From: Eledone cirrhosa
Lineage: Eukaryota
DNA: 64,000 nt
Assembly: GCA_964016885.1 (NCBI GenBank)
Contig: OZ024742.1
Coordinates: 86,490,001-86,554,000, forward strand
Direction of reading: 5' to 3'
The translations under genes and the position numbers were made by a program. The notes beneath the pieces were generated by a model. The model had not been told where the DNA came from. It was given only the letters and a program-made list of their open reading frames with translations, and made no database searches. Below, one piece after another: positions 24,099-38,876 of this stretch (positions are counted from its first letter, which is position 1; every line of letters starts with the position of its first letter).

Positions 24099-26753
24099 CT
24101 TTATTAGCCACAGGGGCACAAAAGAAGGGGACAAGTACAAAGGGGGAAGTTTACATACAATAAAAACGTGTAAAATGTTATCACAAATGGAATTTAAAAA
24201 GTTAGTCGATTTTCCCCAATAGAGGGAGACAGTTTATATGGGTAACACATCCCCGAAAAAAAATGTGCAACCCTCATCTCCAGGAGTACGAAGAGTTTGT
24301 ACTCCTTTCCTCTCCTCCTCCTTTTCCTCAACCTACAGGCTGATATAGAGAGAAGGCCCATTCACTGGCGCCATTCTCGCCACTTTCACCCACCTTTCAT
24401 AAAACTTGCTGGGGTACAGCACCTCTTTCTCCATCCTGATTCTTCTTCCAAAGTGGTATTTGAAAAAAAGAATCGTGTTGTTGGCCGGAGAGAAAGGTGT
24501 CTGACCTCAGCCCTTTCAACCTTGTCCACCATACAACCTCTTTCGCCATAGCTATCACACAAAGGAAAACCGCCTCTCCTTCGTTTTTGAAGGAGGGTGG
24601 CGGTTTGATTATGACAATGGACTCGGTGGTCAACTGGATTGGTCCCACCCGCGACAATAGTCGTTCTACATAGCCCCACAGGTCAGTGACGCCCGGGCAG
24701 TGTATGAATGCGTGCGCGACGGTTTCTTCGTCTCGCACGCACCTCGGACAGATCTTTTTTGCAGGGTCCCTGCCCGGGCGCCCATGTCTGTAGAGCTTGT
24801 CTCGAACTGGTAGAGCTCCTCGGTAGCACTGCCAGGCCAGGGACTTTTGGAAGTTGTCCATCAGTCCCGGGCGGAAGGTCCTACCGAACAGACTGGCCAG
24901 TTCATCTTCCTCTACGCCTAGAGTTTCACCGAGCGCGTCGTCAGACACTTGCTGCGGACTAACCCTCTATAGAATGACGAAGTGGAGTCTCCACTGATCG
25001 CCGGGTCCGCCTGCCAGAGGGCTGTGAGCGCCTGAGCACATTCGATGTGCCAGTCGCCCATTTTCCTCGGTCTTTGCTTGACCCAGGACTGCAGCTCGGT
25101 CAGCGAGACGAGTCGTGGGAAGGCTCGCCTCACGAACGGGGCCCACACCGGTTGTCCGGTGAGGAATACGTAGAGATGCCGCAGCCTGAGCGCGTGTTTG
25201 CGCATCGTCAACCACGGCATCCCCAGCCCTCCGTTAGAAGGGTGTTGGCAGCAGATGGATCTTCTCACCAAAGGAGCCCGCCTCTTCCAAAGAAATCGGA
25301 AGAGCGCGCGCTCCATTTTGGCGAGCGTTTTGGCTGGACAAGGCACGACGGTCAAGCGGTAGTAGATGGCGGACGCTATAAAATTGTTCGCCACCTCCGC
25401 TCGGCCTGTCAAGGATAGTTTGCACTCGGCCGACTTCTGGGTGAGTGCAAACAGCTTGGCCGTCACTTCGTTCCAGTTCTTCTCCACCTGGAGGTCCGGA
25501 CCAAACCAGACCCCGAGCAGCTTTACCGGTCCTTCCGTCCAGCGTCCGACGACGCCATCGGAAGGCATCGGTATGCCTTTCCACGATCCGAGTTGCAAAC
25601 CGCTGGACTTGTCCCGGTTCAGCTTCGCTCCTGTGAGACTTTCGTATTCCTTCAGTAAGGTGCCGACTTCCTCGATTTGCGAGGCGCACGACACCATTAC
25701 TGTCACGACGTCGGCGTAGGCCGACGCCGCTCTCCGCAGTCCCGGTTCCAGAGGGATGCCCTGCAATAGCTCCAGCTTCCGCAGTAGTGGCTCGAGAGTC
25801 AGTACGTACAGAAGGGAGGAGAGAGGGCATCCCTGTCGAATGGATCGCGTAATATGGAACGGCTCCGAGAGGTAGCCGTTCACCTTGACCCTTGAGCAGA
25901 TGTTGCTGTTGTTCATTGCAGCGATCCAGCCCCTAAACACGGGTCCGAAGTCTGCCGCCTCGAGCACCGCATCTAGGTAACGATGGTCAACCCTATCGAA
26001 AGCCTTAGACTGATCCAAGTTGATCAGGGCCCCACCGAAGCTGGGTTTACACCCTACCCTCTCTATGATGTATCGCATGAGGTGGAGGTTGTCGTGTATG
26101 GACCTGGTCGGGATTGCGCATGTCTGCGCTTCTCCCACCAGGTTCTCGACGACAAGCGCCAGCCTCTTTGCCAACACCTTGGCCAAAATCTGTAACTCTG
26201 TGTTTAGCAGAGTTATGGGCCGGAAGTTGCCTATGTCATCCCCCTTATTCTCGTCCTTCCTGATTAGTGTGACCACGCCCCCGGTTACAGAACTGGGAAT
26301 TCTCCCGTTCTGTTGCCAGTTGCATTAGACCGCTTCCAGGAGACCGGAGAATAAGTCCGGCATTGCTACGTAAAATTCGTAGGGTAGACTGTCGAGACCT
26401 GGAGATTTGCGTTTGCCGCATTGGCTCAGCGCATCCCCTATCTCAGTGGCTGAAATCGGCTTTTCGCAGAACTTTGCCTCGCTGTCCGAGAGTCGCGGTA
26501 GGCCGTCGAGGTATGGACCGAAATCCATAGCCTCTCCCGGCGCGCCGCTCCCCCCGAACAGCCGAGCAAAGTGCCGCTGAAAAGCCGCACACATCTGCTT
26601 CGGCTCACGTATCACGCGTCCGTTTTGGTCCTTCAAAGACCGAATCGTGGACTGGTTGCCACTTTTTGCCTCCGTCACTCGGGCCCAGCTAACAGCTTTG
26701 GCTCCCTCGTTTCCCAGAGCACGTATTTTGCTTCTGACAACGCAGCCCTCGTC
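24099..26753 (-). mobile_element. 5'-truncated L1/Tx1-clade LINE, ORF2 (RT + zf-RVT)
   Basis: KSPGLDSLPYEFY, NFRPITLLNT, QGCPLS, AYADVV (YADD decayed) and LPVRDKL...CPRC...ETVAHAFIHC. One in-frame stop at ~26325 and a frameshift at ~24950; AATAAA followed by a TA tail at ~24100. Confidence 0.92.
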
Positions 26754-26761
26754 AGAAAGAT

Positions 26762-26824
<63 letters not shown>

Positions 26825-26826
<2 letters not shown>

Positions 26827-28935
26827 TTGTTATGCTTTGGGAGGGTCATGTTGCCAATAGGAAACACACGCACCAGTTGATTCACTTCAATTTATTATGA
26901 ATTAAATTTATAAATTTAGGAATTTATAAATTTTCGGTTGGTTTGTTGATTCCACAACCAGACGATTGTTCGTATATTGTCAAAGTTCTGGGGGCCAGTA
27001 TAAAATTAAACCTTAAGGAACATATGTTCAAATTTAATGGAAAAACATATGTCCAAGAGGAGGGAGCAGTCATTGGTGTTAGCATTGCAGGTGACATAGT
27101 TAACCTATTCATGGTATGGTGGGACAATAGACTTAAACTTAAAGAACAATTAGAAGACAGAAACATCTTAATCCAGATAATGTACTTCCGCTACGTTGAT
27201 GAAATAAACATCGTAGTAAACACACCCCACTAGAGAACAGTCAGGAATTAGAGAAAAACACCATGGAAAGATCCAGTAAATAGCTAACTCCATCCACCAG
27301 AGTATTAGAGTTACTATAGACTATCCAAGCAAACACCCCAACCATCGATTACCTGTACTAGACACAGAGCTCTGGATAGATAATAACACAAAACAAATCC
27401 TCCATTCCCATTATACCAACCCATGCCTGCCAAATATCTGATCCACCGAAACTCAGCTGTTTCGGACCATACCAAAATCAACATACTGATTGCGGATTTG
27501 GTACGGGTAATGAGAAACGTGTCCCGCATGTGCAACCCCAAAGAACGAGAGAGACACATACAACACTTCATCCACCGTATGCAGTTCTCTGGTCACAATC
27601 AGAGAGATAACATCAGAGTATATAGAGGAGCCAGAACCAAATGGGAAAACATGGTAAATAATTGTTTCTACTTTAGGCACAAGGCCAGCAATCACCAGTT
27701 CATTACTGGTACTTTATTTTATCGACCCCGTAAGGATGAAAGGCAAAGTCAACCTCGGCGGGATTTGAACTCAGATCGTAAAGGGACGTAACTATGCTGG
27801 AAAGCATGGCGTCCGACCCTCTACCGATACTGGACACAAATGGGACATGCCTCTTGTATAGGAGCACATTTTGGAATAGAATAGAAAGAACTAGGAATAA
27901 GGTTAATAGAATAAACTCATGGTATGGTAGCCATAAATACCAGAGTGTAATGTTCATCGATACAAAGCCTAGAGGTGAATTAGCTTACAAATTTAGAAGG
28001 ACCCTAGATAAACATAAACTCAATATTAAGAAAGTAGAAAGACCAGGTGCCTCCATAAAAACACTTATTAGCAATAGGTACCCTTTTCAAAGACCTCGGT
28101 GCAGAGATAAGAAATGAATAATCTGTAAACTAAGCCTCTGTATTAACTTTAAAACTAGAAATGTAGTATATAGCATAATATGTACTGAAAGGACAATGTA
28201 GAGATTTAGCATATAGTGTACATAGGTGAGACAGCTCGTAGTATAGGGGAACGGATAAGTGAACACAGGTGAGAGCTTCAAGATAGTAAAGAATCATCTG
28301 TACTCCACCAACATGCTAAAATAGAACATAAGGGTCAATTAGAGAACATAGAAATAAAAATCGAATCTACACACAGAAAAGACGCAATGTTTAAACAAAT
28401 CACAGTGGCAATAAACATAAATTAACTCCAAACATAATTAAATAGAACACATGGATGGAATAGCAACAACACAACTTACAATTAAGGACATGTGAAAACA
28501 CATACACACATAGAACAAACAACCAACCAGTAACATGCAGATAAACAAATAAATAAATAAGTATAAACACACGCAGACACCCGGATGTAACACATGCGCA
28601 AACTAAGCACACAACAAAAACAAGATGGCGTAGGACAGAACAAAGGAGACGCACAAAAACAAACAAAATAATTCCCAGTCACTGAAGAGGTCACATAATG
28701 TGTGACGATATAACTTTGACAATATATAAACAATCGTCTGGTTGTGGAACCAACCAACCAACCGGAAATTTATAAATTCCTAAATTTATAAATTTAATTT
28801 ATAATAAATTGAAGTGAAAGCAACTGGTGCGTGTGTTACTTATTGGCAACATGACCCTCCTAAATCATAACTATATCGGTTTCAACACACGTTTTCAGAT
28901 AAAGAATCTTGCTAAACAAATTCAGATACGAAATA
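26825..28935 (+). mobile_element. 5'-truncated Penelope-like element (RT + GIY-YIG) with inverted pLTR
   Basis: FKFNGKTYVQEEGAVIG, YFRYVDEI and NVVYSIIC...YIGETARSIGERISEH. Arm 26825-26972 is the reverse complement of ~28728-28873. Decayed HHR at 28678-28720; interrupted by a SINE. Confidence 0.9.
27657..27832 (-). mobile_element. SINE nested in the PLE
   Basis: Near full-length match to the other SINE copies. Confidence 0.9.
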
Positions 28936-28937
28936 AT

Positions 28938-28969
<32 letters not shown>

Positions 28970-29013
28970 AGTATATTTTCGAAACAGCGAGTGGATTTGA
29001 AATTATTAGAAAT

Positions 29014-29200
29014 GTTAGCTATCGCCGTATTTTGACTACAGATATTAAAGAAATTATTTAGCCTGATAGTGGGCTTAAGAACCCTGGGAGAAATGGAAAA
29101 AGATGAGTATTGTACGTCAATACTCTTCTTTTTCTATTTCTTAACCCCACTATCAGGCTAAACAATTTCTTTAATTTCTTTAGTCAAAATACGGCGATAG

Positions 29201-29205
<5 letters not shown>
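29014..29205. repeat. Fold-back (palindromic) element
   Basis: ttagctatcgccgtattttgacta ... tagtcaaaatacggcgatagctaa, centred on gagtattgtacgtcaatactc; ends in (TA)n. Confidence 0.8.
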
Positions 29206-29259
<54 letters not shown>

Positions 29260-31390
29260 TGAGAAATTCTTAAATAAACTTAGGGAAGTAGGAAGATGAG
29301 TGGATATACATGAGCATTCACGTATACGCATATCTCACTCCGTGAAAACACACGGGTGCTATCAAGGCTTTATTTTCAAACCTAGGTCTTATATTAATTT
29401 ATCCCTACATCTCTTACAGAAAATCATGTTTGGCCATACCCAAAATATGCGCTATTATATTTACTGGAATAACAAAAACGATTATATAATTAAGTTGCCA
29501 ATGCTGGCGCAAATACTTTCCTGGAAATATGTCCTCATTTGGAGCACATGTCTAAAATGTGTACAGAGTAATTGAATTTGGCTCTTGTCTGGCACGAACC
29601 TTTACTTCTATGACCGAACGGTTTCAATTTGAGGTACAGTTATATTGTCCTCTGCCCATTAACGGATAGCGGATTTGCTCTCTTTTCAGTGGCTATTTCT
29701 GTATCGGCTGTCAGATATACCGACACTATAATCTGTCTATTTGAATTGTGCCTTCTCAAGGGTGTGTGTAAACACGCCTCAACAACTTCGATGCTGGAAA
29801 TTTGTTCTCTCCCCGTCGAGCTTTCTTTGGATTTAGCTCAAACCTATTCGTTGTGATGATAATCATGTCTACTGTTGATAGATAATGTATCATCCATGGA
29901 GGAAGGAGATGATAACCACTGTATGATATACTTCTCGCTTGGTATGTAGGCCGTATCTTCTCCTGTCTATACACATCGATGTGTTGCTTGCGGTATTGTT
30001 ATCGATGTGCAAGCAGATATATTTCTTCAGTTTTGTTGTTGCTGATTTACAGTCAAAATTTGTCACAGGCTTTGGGCAATTTTCCAACTTCCATATTAAT
30101 AGGTTTGGAATAAATTTCGACATGCTAAATATATACACTATGCTGTATAAACATTTGTAACATGTTTAATTTCAATTCCCGTTGAATGAATATTAGACAA
30201 AACAATAATGAAACGTGTCACGATTATTATGCCTATTGAAATGTTACTAATTCTCTGTGAATTATTTCATCTGTTCTATACTTTATATAGTATTTATAGC
30301 GCATGTCTATATTGCCGAGAATGAACATTGACTAGGCATTTTTCGTGAGAAATCATGTTTTCTTTATCATAGCCATTTGCTCCAATTTGTTTTGAATTTT
30401 AAGCAATGAGTCACGACAGTATGCCTAACCAGAAGTAAGTAAAAAAAGTATTCAAATAAATATAATCTACCGATTTATGGTATTAAATTCTGTATGAATA
30501 TATATTTTATTAATAATATGGAACATACCAAGCAGCAAACATTTCGTATAATTGTGTTCTTACTTTTCTATTCTAGGAATTCTTTCACCTATTTCAGACT
30601 TGGTGTGTTCTGTCTGCTAATAGTTGCAATCAATTAAATTCGTATGATGGTTTTATGGATTAGTATACGTTCTTAGCTTGAGTTTTCTCTTTTTCTATTA
30701 GCATGTAAATCATACCAAGTAACTTCTGAAATCATACCAAGTATCACACCAATATATCCTGGAGTTACAATTGAAAACCTTTATTCTCAAAATGCACTGG
30801 GACAGCCTTAAAAGTAAAAGAAAATCCTTTTTGGGAAAATCATTGTGTACTATTTTGATATATTACGTGTATTCATAATACAAAAAAAAATAACACACTG
30901 GCCCTAGAAGATGTTGAAGACTCATTTATCATCATTGCATTTACTTCATCTATATGCATAAACTTCATCTATATCATTAATCCAATATTAACTTATATGA
31001 TATTTACTTCCCGCACAAAATTATATTTGAATTTTCTAGCCATAAATGCATCACTCCTTTTGCAAAATCACTGGTAATATTCAGTAAAACATTAGCCGTT
31101 TTCTTTAATGCGATTTACAAATTCTTACTGAATAAGCTAATGTAACTCAAAACACGTTGCTTTGTAAAACGTTCATATGAGCAGACGAGAGTTAATTCTC
31201 CTAAAGCGAAGGAGTTAAAAAAAGCTTGGTATTTGTGAAAATACTAGAGTCTGTATTTTTCCATCATACTACGGCTACCAGCGTCATCAACTGCAGTTCT
31301 CAGTTTGGACGCTCGTGTGCCTATATGTGTGAGTAAGTGTGTGTGTGTGCGCGTGTGATATAGTAACGTAATTTAATAGCTTATATGAAA

Positions 31391-31575
31391 CGGTTGTTTG
31401 GCAGTATCGGTAGAGCGCCAGACACCATGCTTTGCAGCAGCGAGTTATGGCCCTTTACGTACCGAGTTCAAATCCCGTCGAGGATAATTTGCCTTTCATC
31501 CTTACGGGGTTGCTGAAATAAAGCCCCAGTAAAGCACAGGGATAATTGCTGGCCTTGTGCTAATTTAGAAACAAT
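31391..31575 (+). mobile_element. SINE
   Basis: tggcagtatcggtag A-box, gagttcaaatc B-box and gcctttcatccttacgggg core. Confidence 0.85.
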
Positions 31576-33032
31576 ATTTTATGTTCCCTCTTATATTGAC
31601 ACTCCCACCTCCCATGAAAACTCTCATTGACTCTCTTCTTCCTCATTGCATCGTTCTTCCTTTCCCATGGAATATTTCTCCTTCTCAATGTTGCCCTTTC
31701 TTCTATCTGCATAAGAAATGTACCAACATATAATTAATAGGAGCAGATATATGTTGGAGCAGAATAAATAATGGAATAAAAAGGGTTATTTCAACGATAC
31801 TTCGAATATATGATGAATAATCACGGTTATAAATCTATAGAGATTTGACAACATTATATTTGGAATAATTCTGGTGAAGCGGTATACCGTATAGTGATAT
31901 ATTGACGAACATCTACAAATATTAATAGAAAAGAAAGCTAACATTGACATTATAGATGTAACACATTTATGCATGTTTCCAAATATCGGTGATATTTTAG
32001 TATTTTATTACTTGCAAATATCTGATACAAATCAATACTAATAGAAAGAAAATATCAGCGTAAACAAATCAATTTTAGGTATTAGATAATACAGAATGGT
32101 GAGAAATTTCTTGGAATAAAATATTATTCATATTGTGTGTAAAATGAACTATCAGTTATAGAATTTGTGATGTTTATCAATGTTTGAATTAAATCCAGAT
32201 TCTCTGTTTAAAGGTCTCAGGCCGTCTACAATGTCATACAACGATAAATGTCAACTTGTTTACATACAACATTTGTAATCAGTTTTAAAACATTAAATCA
32301 ATTTACGTCAACTGAATAACATAGTATCTATTGGAAGCTTTAAAATGCACAATTACGTTTATAAATAAATATAAACTTTGTCTGAGTACAAAAGTTATAT
32401 ATTATATTTTAATTTGTATATATATATTCAATAACAATGCTGCGATGAAACAAAAGTTTTACTTTTAGAGTTGTTATTGATAGTTGAACAAAATGTAAAT
32501 TTAGTAAATCTCAAAATAGACAAAATATTTTCTGTATACAATAGAGTTTAATATAATTTAAATTTGGATCCACTGGTGTACAAGATAACTAGATTGCAGC
32601 AGACTATGTTTAATTCTGGAATAGAAGAATATATATCCAGCTTATGAATAAATATATACATGAAAAACGAAAGGGTTTAACTCTCGAAAATCATATTTAT
32701 ATTTTCTTTGAAAATAATGCTCTAAGTGTTTGAAAATATGTTTATGTAAGTACACACACACACACACGCATATTTATATAAATATATATATAAATGTCTA
32801 CGTGTGTGTGTGTGTCAGTGTGTGTGTGTTCATATTATGTGGAAGTGGCTGCATTAAGTACTAGGAACAAACGAAATAATTAATATCATTAGGTCCGGTA
32901 TTTCATATGGACAGAGAGAAGTAACACACTCACACACATAACCACACACACACAAACACATACACACATGCATACACATACACATATATATAAATATATA
33001 TATATACATATCTATATGTAAATGTATATATG

Positions 33033-33133
<101 letters not shown>

Positions 33134-33650
33134 TGTGTGTTTGTGTGTTTGTGCCTGTGTATGTGTGTATACATTTATATACATATCTATATACATTAGT
33201 GGGAGTACAGGATCTACCACGAGCTCAGTGGTTTCGAATAGTTGCCTCCTCTGGACATCATTAGGCAAACTTTTCGAATTTATGTGAAATGCGAGGTGGG
33301 AGTAAGTTGAGGGATAGGAAGTGGAGATAAGGGGGGTCAGAGATTGAAGAAAGAATGGAGCCGAAAAGAACAGGCGGGATGGTAAAGAAGACGAACAAAG
33401 ATTAATAAGATACACAGAAAATGTACATGACAAGAGGATTCTAGGATAGGGTCGCATGGCAGGCCACAGGTTAATGTTTGCAAGGGTAGATGTTTAGTTA
33501 TTGGCAATGTTTTGATCGTTGGAGATAGAGGCTGAGATCAAGAGGTTTATCACGCATACACACATCTCTCTCTCGCCCTCTCTAACGCTCTCCCTCTCCC
33601 GTTCTCTCTCTCTCTCTCTCTTTCACTATCTCGCTATCTCCCTCTCCCTC

Positions 33651-33681
<31 letters not shown>

Positions 33682-34018
33682 CGCTCTGTGTATATAGGGC
33701 GAGAAATTACATTCTAATTTTATTCTTAATATTCGGCAAGCCCAACAAGTCTCGCTCGCTAAACAAATGAGGCTACTCAGCCGATGTATACTTAAGAGAA
33801 CACTATATATTCTCAACCGTTCAACATATTGGCAGAAAGGTATATAGTCCTGATAAATGGTAATGACCCTGAAACATGATGATTGTTCCTCAAAGCCAGT
33901 GTTGAACAAACAGGTGATGATCGGTCAGACAGCACAGCACAGCTTCAAATCAGGCCGTTTGTTTACAAATAAATCGAACATTATTATTTATGTTCGATAT
34001 AACCCATACGTATGTATG

Positions 34019-34090
<72 letters not shown>

Positions 34091-34096
34091 CGTGTG

Positions 34097-34148
<52 letters not shown>

Positions 34149-35267
34149 CATATATACTTACATACACACACACATATGTATCTATATTGAAAAATGTGTA
34201 AAATCCTTGGTATAGTTAGGTATATTTAAAATAAAGTAATATAATGACTTCACTTGTAGATCTAAACAATTTAATTTAATTCTATAATATTATATTCTTA
34301 CAATTTGGTTTGGTAGATCTAGCTGATATTCCATCTTTCAATAAGAAGATTTTCTCTTTTCTTTAAAATGTAGCATATTGAAAAGAAAAATATCCAAATA
34401 GAAGATTACACCCTCACTTTCAAACATTCGATCGTTGAAGAGAACAACCTTCGGAGGTACTCTGCCGTTTCACTAATACCACCTCCGCTCCATGTATATA
34501 TGCACATAAACACTTGAGTAGATGGGTGTGGAAATGTGATTGTATGTATATGCATATGTATGCATTTTTGTGTTTATATATGTATGTATGTGCACAGGCA
34601 TTGCTTTATATCTGGAGATCTCTCTGTACTTGTCGTCACATTGTACCATGGGCCCTGTACTATGTGTCAATAATTCTCAGAAGTGTAGTGTTTGTACCAG
34701 AGTTTTCAAGTGGCTGGCTGGACTAAAAAGTCACACTCGTTCAGCGCATCGGTAGGGGTTTACATACATGGATATAAAGTAGTGGCCGTACTCGTAAACG
34801 AGTTGGCAGCCACCATGTATGTGCATATGTTAATATGTATGTGTATATACGTATGTGATTATATATATATATATATATGTATATAACAGGAATAACAACA
34901 CAATCGGTACAGTATAATGATGGAATATATTAGGTTAACGATTGAAATAGTAGGAAGAAGGTATTTATGTCTCGGACGCTAGTCCTTCATAAGAAGAAAG
35001 AATGAGAAATTAGATAGATTGAAGATAGAGAAAAAATACAAGATCATTCATGTTGGCATCTATTGGAAAACACATACATACACGCATGCAACACATACAT
35101 ATATATAAACACTCATACATATACATACAAATATAGATACACATATCGACAAATATATACATACCTATACATACTACATGAATACAAACACACACACACA
35201 CACATACACACCCACACACACACATACACACACCCACATACACACATACACACATCTATATACTTAT

Positions 35268-35477
35268 AAAACAAATTCTGTATGTTATCTGATGAGAGCG
35301 TACCAAACTGTTTGGTACCCTTGAAATATATATATAGTACAATTAATATGGTTTTATAAATATAATTTCCATTTATTAAATATCAGTGATATTATACTCC
35401 AGGTAACTTGTTGAGTGCTTCGAATCAATCTGTTATAAATAAATTTGTTGAATTACCAACAAATTAAATATATCTTT

Positions 35478-35480
<3 letters not shown>
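35268..35480 (+). mobile_element. pLTR-like unit with HHR (35281-35340), tail-to-tail with a related copy across (TA)n
   Basis: tatgttat CTGATGA gagcgtacc aaactgttt ggtaccctt GAAA tatata TA; similar to 60148-60345 and inverted relative to 35550-35760. Confidence 0.7.
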
Positions 35481-35549
<69 letters not shown>

Positions 35550-35552
<3 letters not shown>

Positions 35553-37430
35553 GAGGTTATATTTAATTTGTTGGGATTCAACAAGCTTAAGCATTTTTAT
35601 AACTGATATAAAGCACTCAACAAGTTAGTGGATTAAATACACAATATATTAATAAATGGAAACTATATTTATAAAACCATATTTATTTTATTATATGGGC
35701 AACCAAATCAAATTATGGTGCGCTTTCATCAGATAAAATACAGATTTGTTTTATAAATAAATATTGACATACCAGGAAAAAAGACAACATTAACGGTTGG
35801 AGCTTCCTGGATAGTGGAGATACTATTTTATAGAGGGTAATACAAAGTTATGAGTGAGTATGCAAATGAGTGTCCGAAAAGTTGTAAATATAACGGTTTA
35901 TTTAAATTAAACTTTATGAAAGGTAGAGAGAAAAAAAAGAAAAAAAGAAAAGAGAAAGAGAGAAGAGGAAAGAAAGAACGATTATACATACTGATATTGA
36001 AGAAAGTCAGAATGAATGAAGAAATAAGTTTTAATATACATAGCGTAAATATATCTAAGTGAAAGAAGAAGTGAAAGAAGAAGTGAAAGAAGAATAAGAT
36101 TAACGTGGAAGAATAATATTTAGAATGTAGGGTTCATTACGTTGTGATTATAATATTTATAATGATAGGTTGAAAAATTATGTTAAAATTAAACATTAAA
36201 AATCAAAATTAAAGATTAACATTTGCCTTAATATTAAAGATTTAATTTAATAATTTAATATTAATATTAAAAATTTAAAATGTTTAATTAAAACAGAAGT
36301 ATTTATATTATATTAAGATGTATTAGTAATAATATATTGGTTTAGATGTGTATGTTAAGGATTATAAATTATTTAAATAAATATATAGTATTTTACTTTA
36401 GAGAAAATCTAGTATAGTTTATTTTATTAAAGTAAGTTTGGCAAAATTATATTTATTAATATTTGTAAGTCAAAATTTAAACATCCAAATAATTCTAAAT
36501 GTATGAACATTTACGAGAGTTTACAAAGGAATAACTACTTAATTATATTATATAAACAGCAAGGAAGTATAAAATAGGTTAGAAGTGATTTATTAAGATC
36601 TCAAATTATTCCAAGGATTAAATGTTATAAAGTTAAAAATTGTATCTTAAGAATATAATTAAAACATAAAACATATGTTATTTTATAAGAAGTCATAAAT
36701 TTATCTTAAGAATATAGTTAAAACATAAACCATAGGTTATTCCACATATGAATAAAAAAAACTATATATAAAAATCATATATTAGTCCACATATATATAC
36801 ATATTTAGATACATATATTAAAAATGTTTGAAGATATAAAAATATCGGAAGATATGAAAATAATTGTTTTTTCATATCTTTCAAAGGAACTTTCAAAGAA
36901 CTTTCTAAAACCTTCCGAAAGGTTTTCAAGGAAAATTTTCCTGAAAAGAATTTCAAGTAGTCATATAAAAAAGGTTATAATCTATTGATAAGTTTAATAA
37001 TATATTTATGAGGTAGATATAATAGAAAGTAAATTAAATATATATGAATCATATATAGATATAATCTTAAGAATGATGTTGTAGGTGGTTGGATATAGAA
37101 AACATTATGTAAAGGAGATTAACCATATATTACATTTTATATATATATATTTAAAAGTTGAGTTTAAACGATGTTTACATACAAGAACTAAATAAATTAT
37201 TTCGCAAATTAATAGAGTTCTTATTTTTAGTATCAATAATATTTCTTCAACGCAAAGGGTGTAATTTTTGGATAGAGCCGTGTATGAAAGAGTTTTGGAG
37301 ATAATTTCCCAAAAGAAAGAATAGTTAATATTCTTGGATTTTAAGTTCCATAATAAGTTGGATAGAGAAGTTGAAGATTTTTTTACGAATATTCGTAAAG
37401 GAACATTTATAGTTATTGAAACGAGAAATA
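35550..37430 (-). mobile_element. Very AT-rich decayed PLE 3' portion
   Basis: ORF 37105-37485(-) contains STSLSNLLWNLK...FFWEII...LCVEE...VCKHR (PLE endonuclease C-terminus). A pLTR with GAAA-deleted HHR lies at ~35680-35740. Linking the two parts is inference. Confidence 0.6.
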
Positions 37431-37496
37431 TATATATATATATCTGTATATGTATATATATGTATATATGTAAGTATATATGCATGTATGTGTCTA

Positions 37497-38475
37497 CTCT
37501 GGGAATATATTTAACATTACCTATTTAGTACGCTTAAATGCAGCCGCCCCTAGCAGTGAAACCATGCTAGTTCCGTCAAATTATTATCATTTTCTCCCAG
37601 CTAGCAGATTAACAATGAGAGCAAGGTAAATAATTTTTCACATTTTTTATTGTATTTTGTTTAATATATGCTCTGATGCCTGTTATATATATCCCTCTCA
37701 CTCCCCTATTGAATTGTAAAAGTTGTGAAATTAAGTTGTTTACGCACGTGGTTGGTCGAAATATCTAGAATTCAGACTCTAAAAAGGCCGCTAACTCTAT
37801 ATCGCTGTCTAATCGCCGGTTGGCATTTAATGTCCGGAAATGTTTTAGACACTACCATTGTTACTGTCGCACTATTTCTCGCTATTGGGCTTGGAAACTA
37901 GAGCCTAATGTTACCATTCTAATAGACAGCGATTGAGACGTTTTTTTTTCTAATAACCAATTTTTCTCTAACTTGTTTATCTGTGTTTGAGATACGTTGG
38001 CTGAGTGCTTGTGACGGGCGCGGAACTATTTGAATTGTGTTTCCTGTAATCACGTAAATTTCTGAATCGGTAGCCAATCGGGGAATGGCATGGCGATAAT
38101 CCGTATATATTTCACTTGCTAAAGTTTTAGTGTGTTGATCGTCACATATACTCATTGCCGGCATGGAATGGAATCGAATTCTGTCGATCGATTAGTTATT
38201 GATTAGGCGAAACAGGCTGATGAAGCCAGATGCACTAATTATGCATTGTTGCATAATATATGCGAACAGTGGGTGCTGTGAACTATATTGCAGGTTTCAG
38301 TGTGGCCGAAACTCGAGTACAGGAATAAATGAAGTTACCCATTTACGTGCGTTGTATTGAAGCGAATAACTGTGTGTCTTCTCTGGAAGTTTACTTAACA
38401 TTGCCTATTGTGTTCCCGGAGATCCAACCACCGGTCTTAGCAATGAAATATATGTTAGTTCTGACAAGTTATGGT
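37497..38475 (+). mobile_element. Partial tandem unit (~885-bp period) carrying an HHR
   Basis: Diverged ~90-bp direct repeats at 37497-37590 and 38381-38475; HHR at 38213-38323. Confidence 0.55.
38213..38323 (+). ncRNA. Hammerhead motif with extended stem II
   Basis: cagg CTGATGA a gcca...tggc c GAAA ctcgag TA cagg; palindromic stem III ACTCGAGT; stem I weak. Confidence 0.6.
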
Positions 38476-38508
38476 ATATATTTATACACACACATACACA
38501 CGCATATA

Positions 38509-38552
<44 letters not shown>

Positions 38553-38553
38553 A

Positions 38554-38611
<58 letters not shown>

Positions 38612-38793
38612 AAAGAATCAAGACGCCGATGGCTGAGCTCCGGCCAATTCGACAGTTAGGTCTGACCTAGCTGTCGAATTGGCCGGAGGCTCGGCCGTCG
38701 GGGTACTGACTCATTTCCTATTACCCACTCTACTACACAATGTCACGTAATTTCGTTTGTTATGGTCCACCTGGTTACTTACCACACTCCCTT

Positions 38794-38872
<79 letters not shown>

Positions 38873-38876
<4 letters not shown>

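Noticed and set aside
29500-30140. Possible host exon(s); likewise 131-439, 13200-13750, 37919-38164 and 48990-49560
   Set aside because: The sequence is more complex than its surroundings, but there is no recognisable domain and stops are frequent. BLASTX or RNA-seq would be needed.
31391-31480. tRNA gene
   Set aside because: The A and B boxes belong to the SINE head and there is no cloverleaf.
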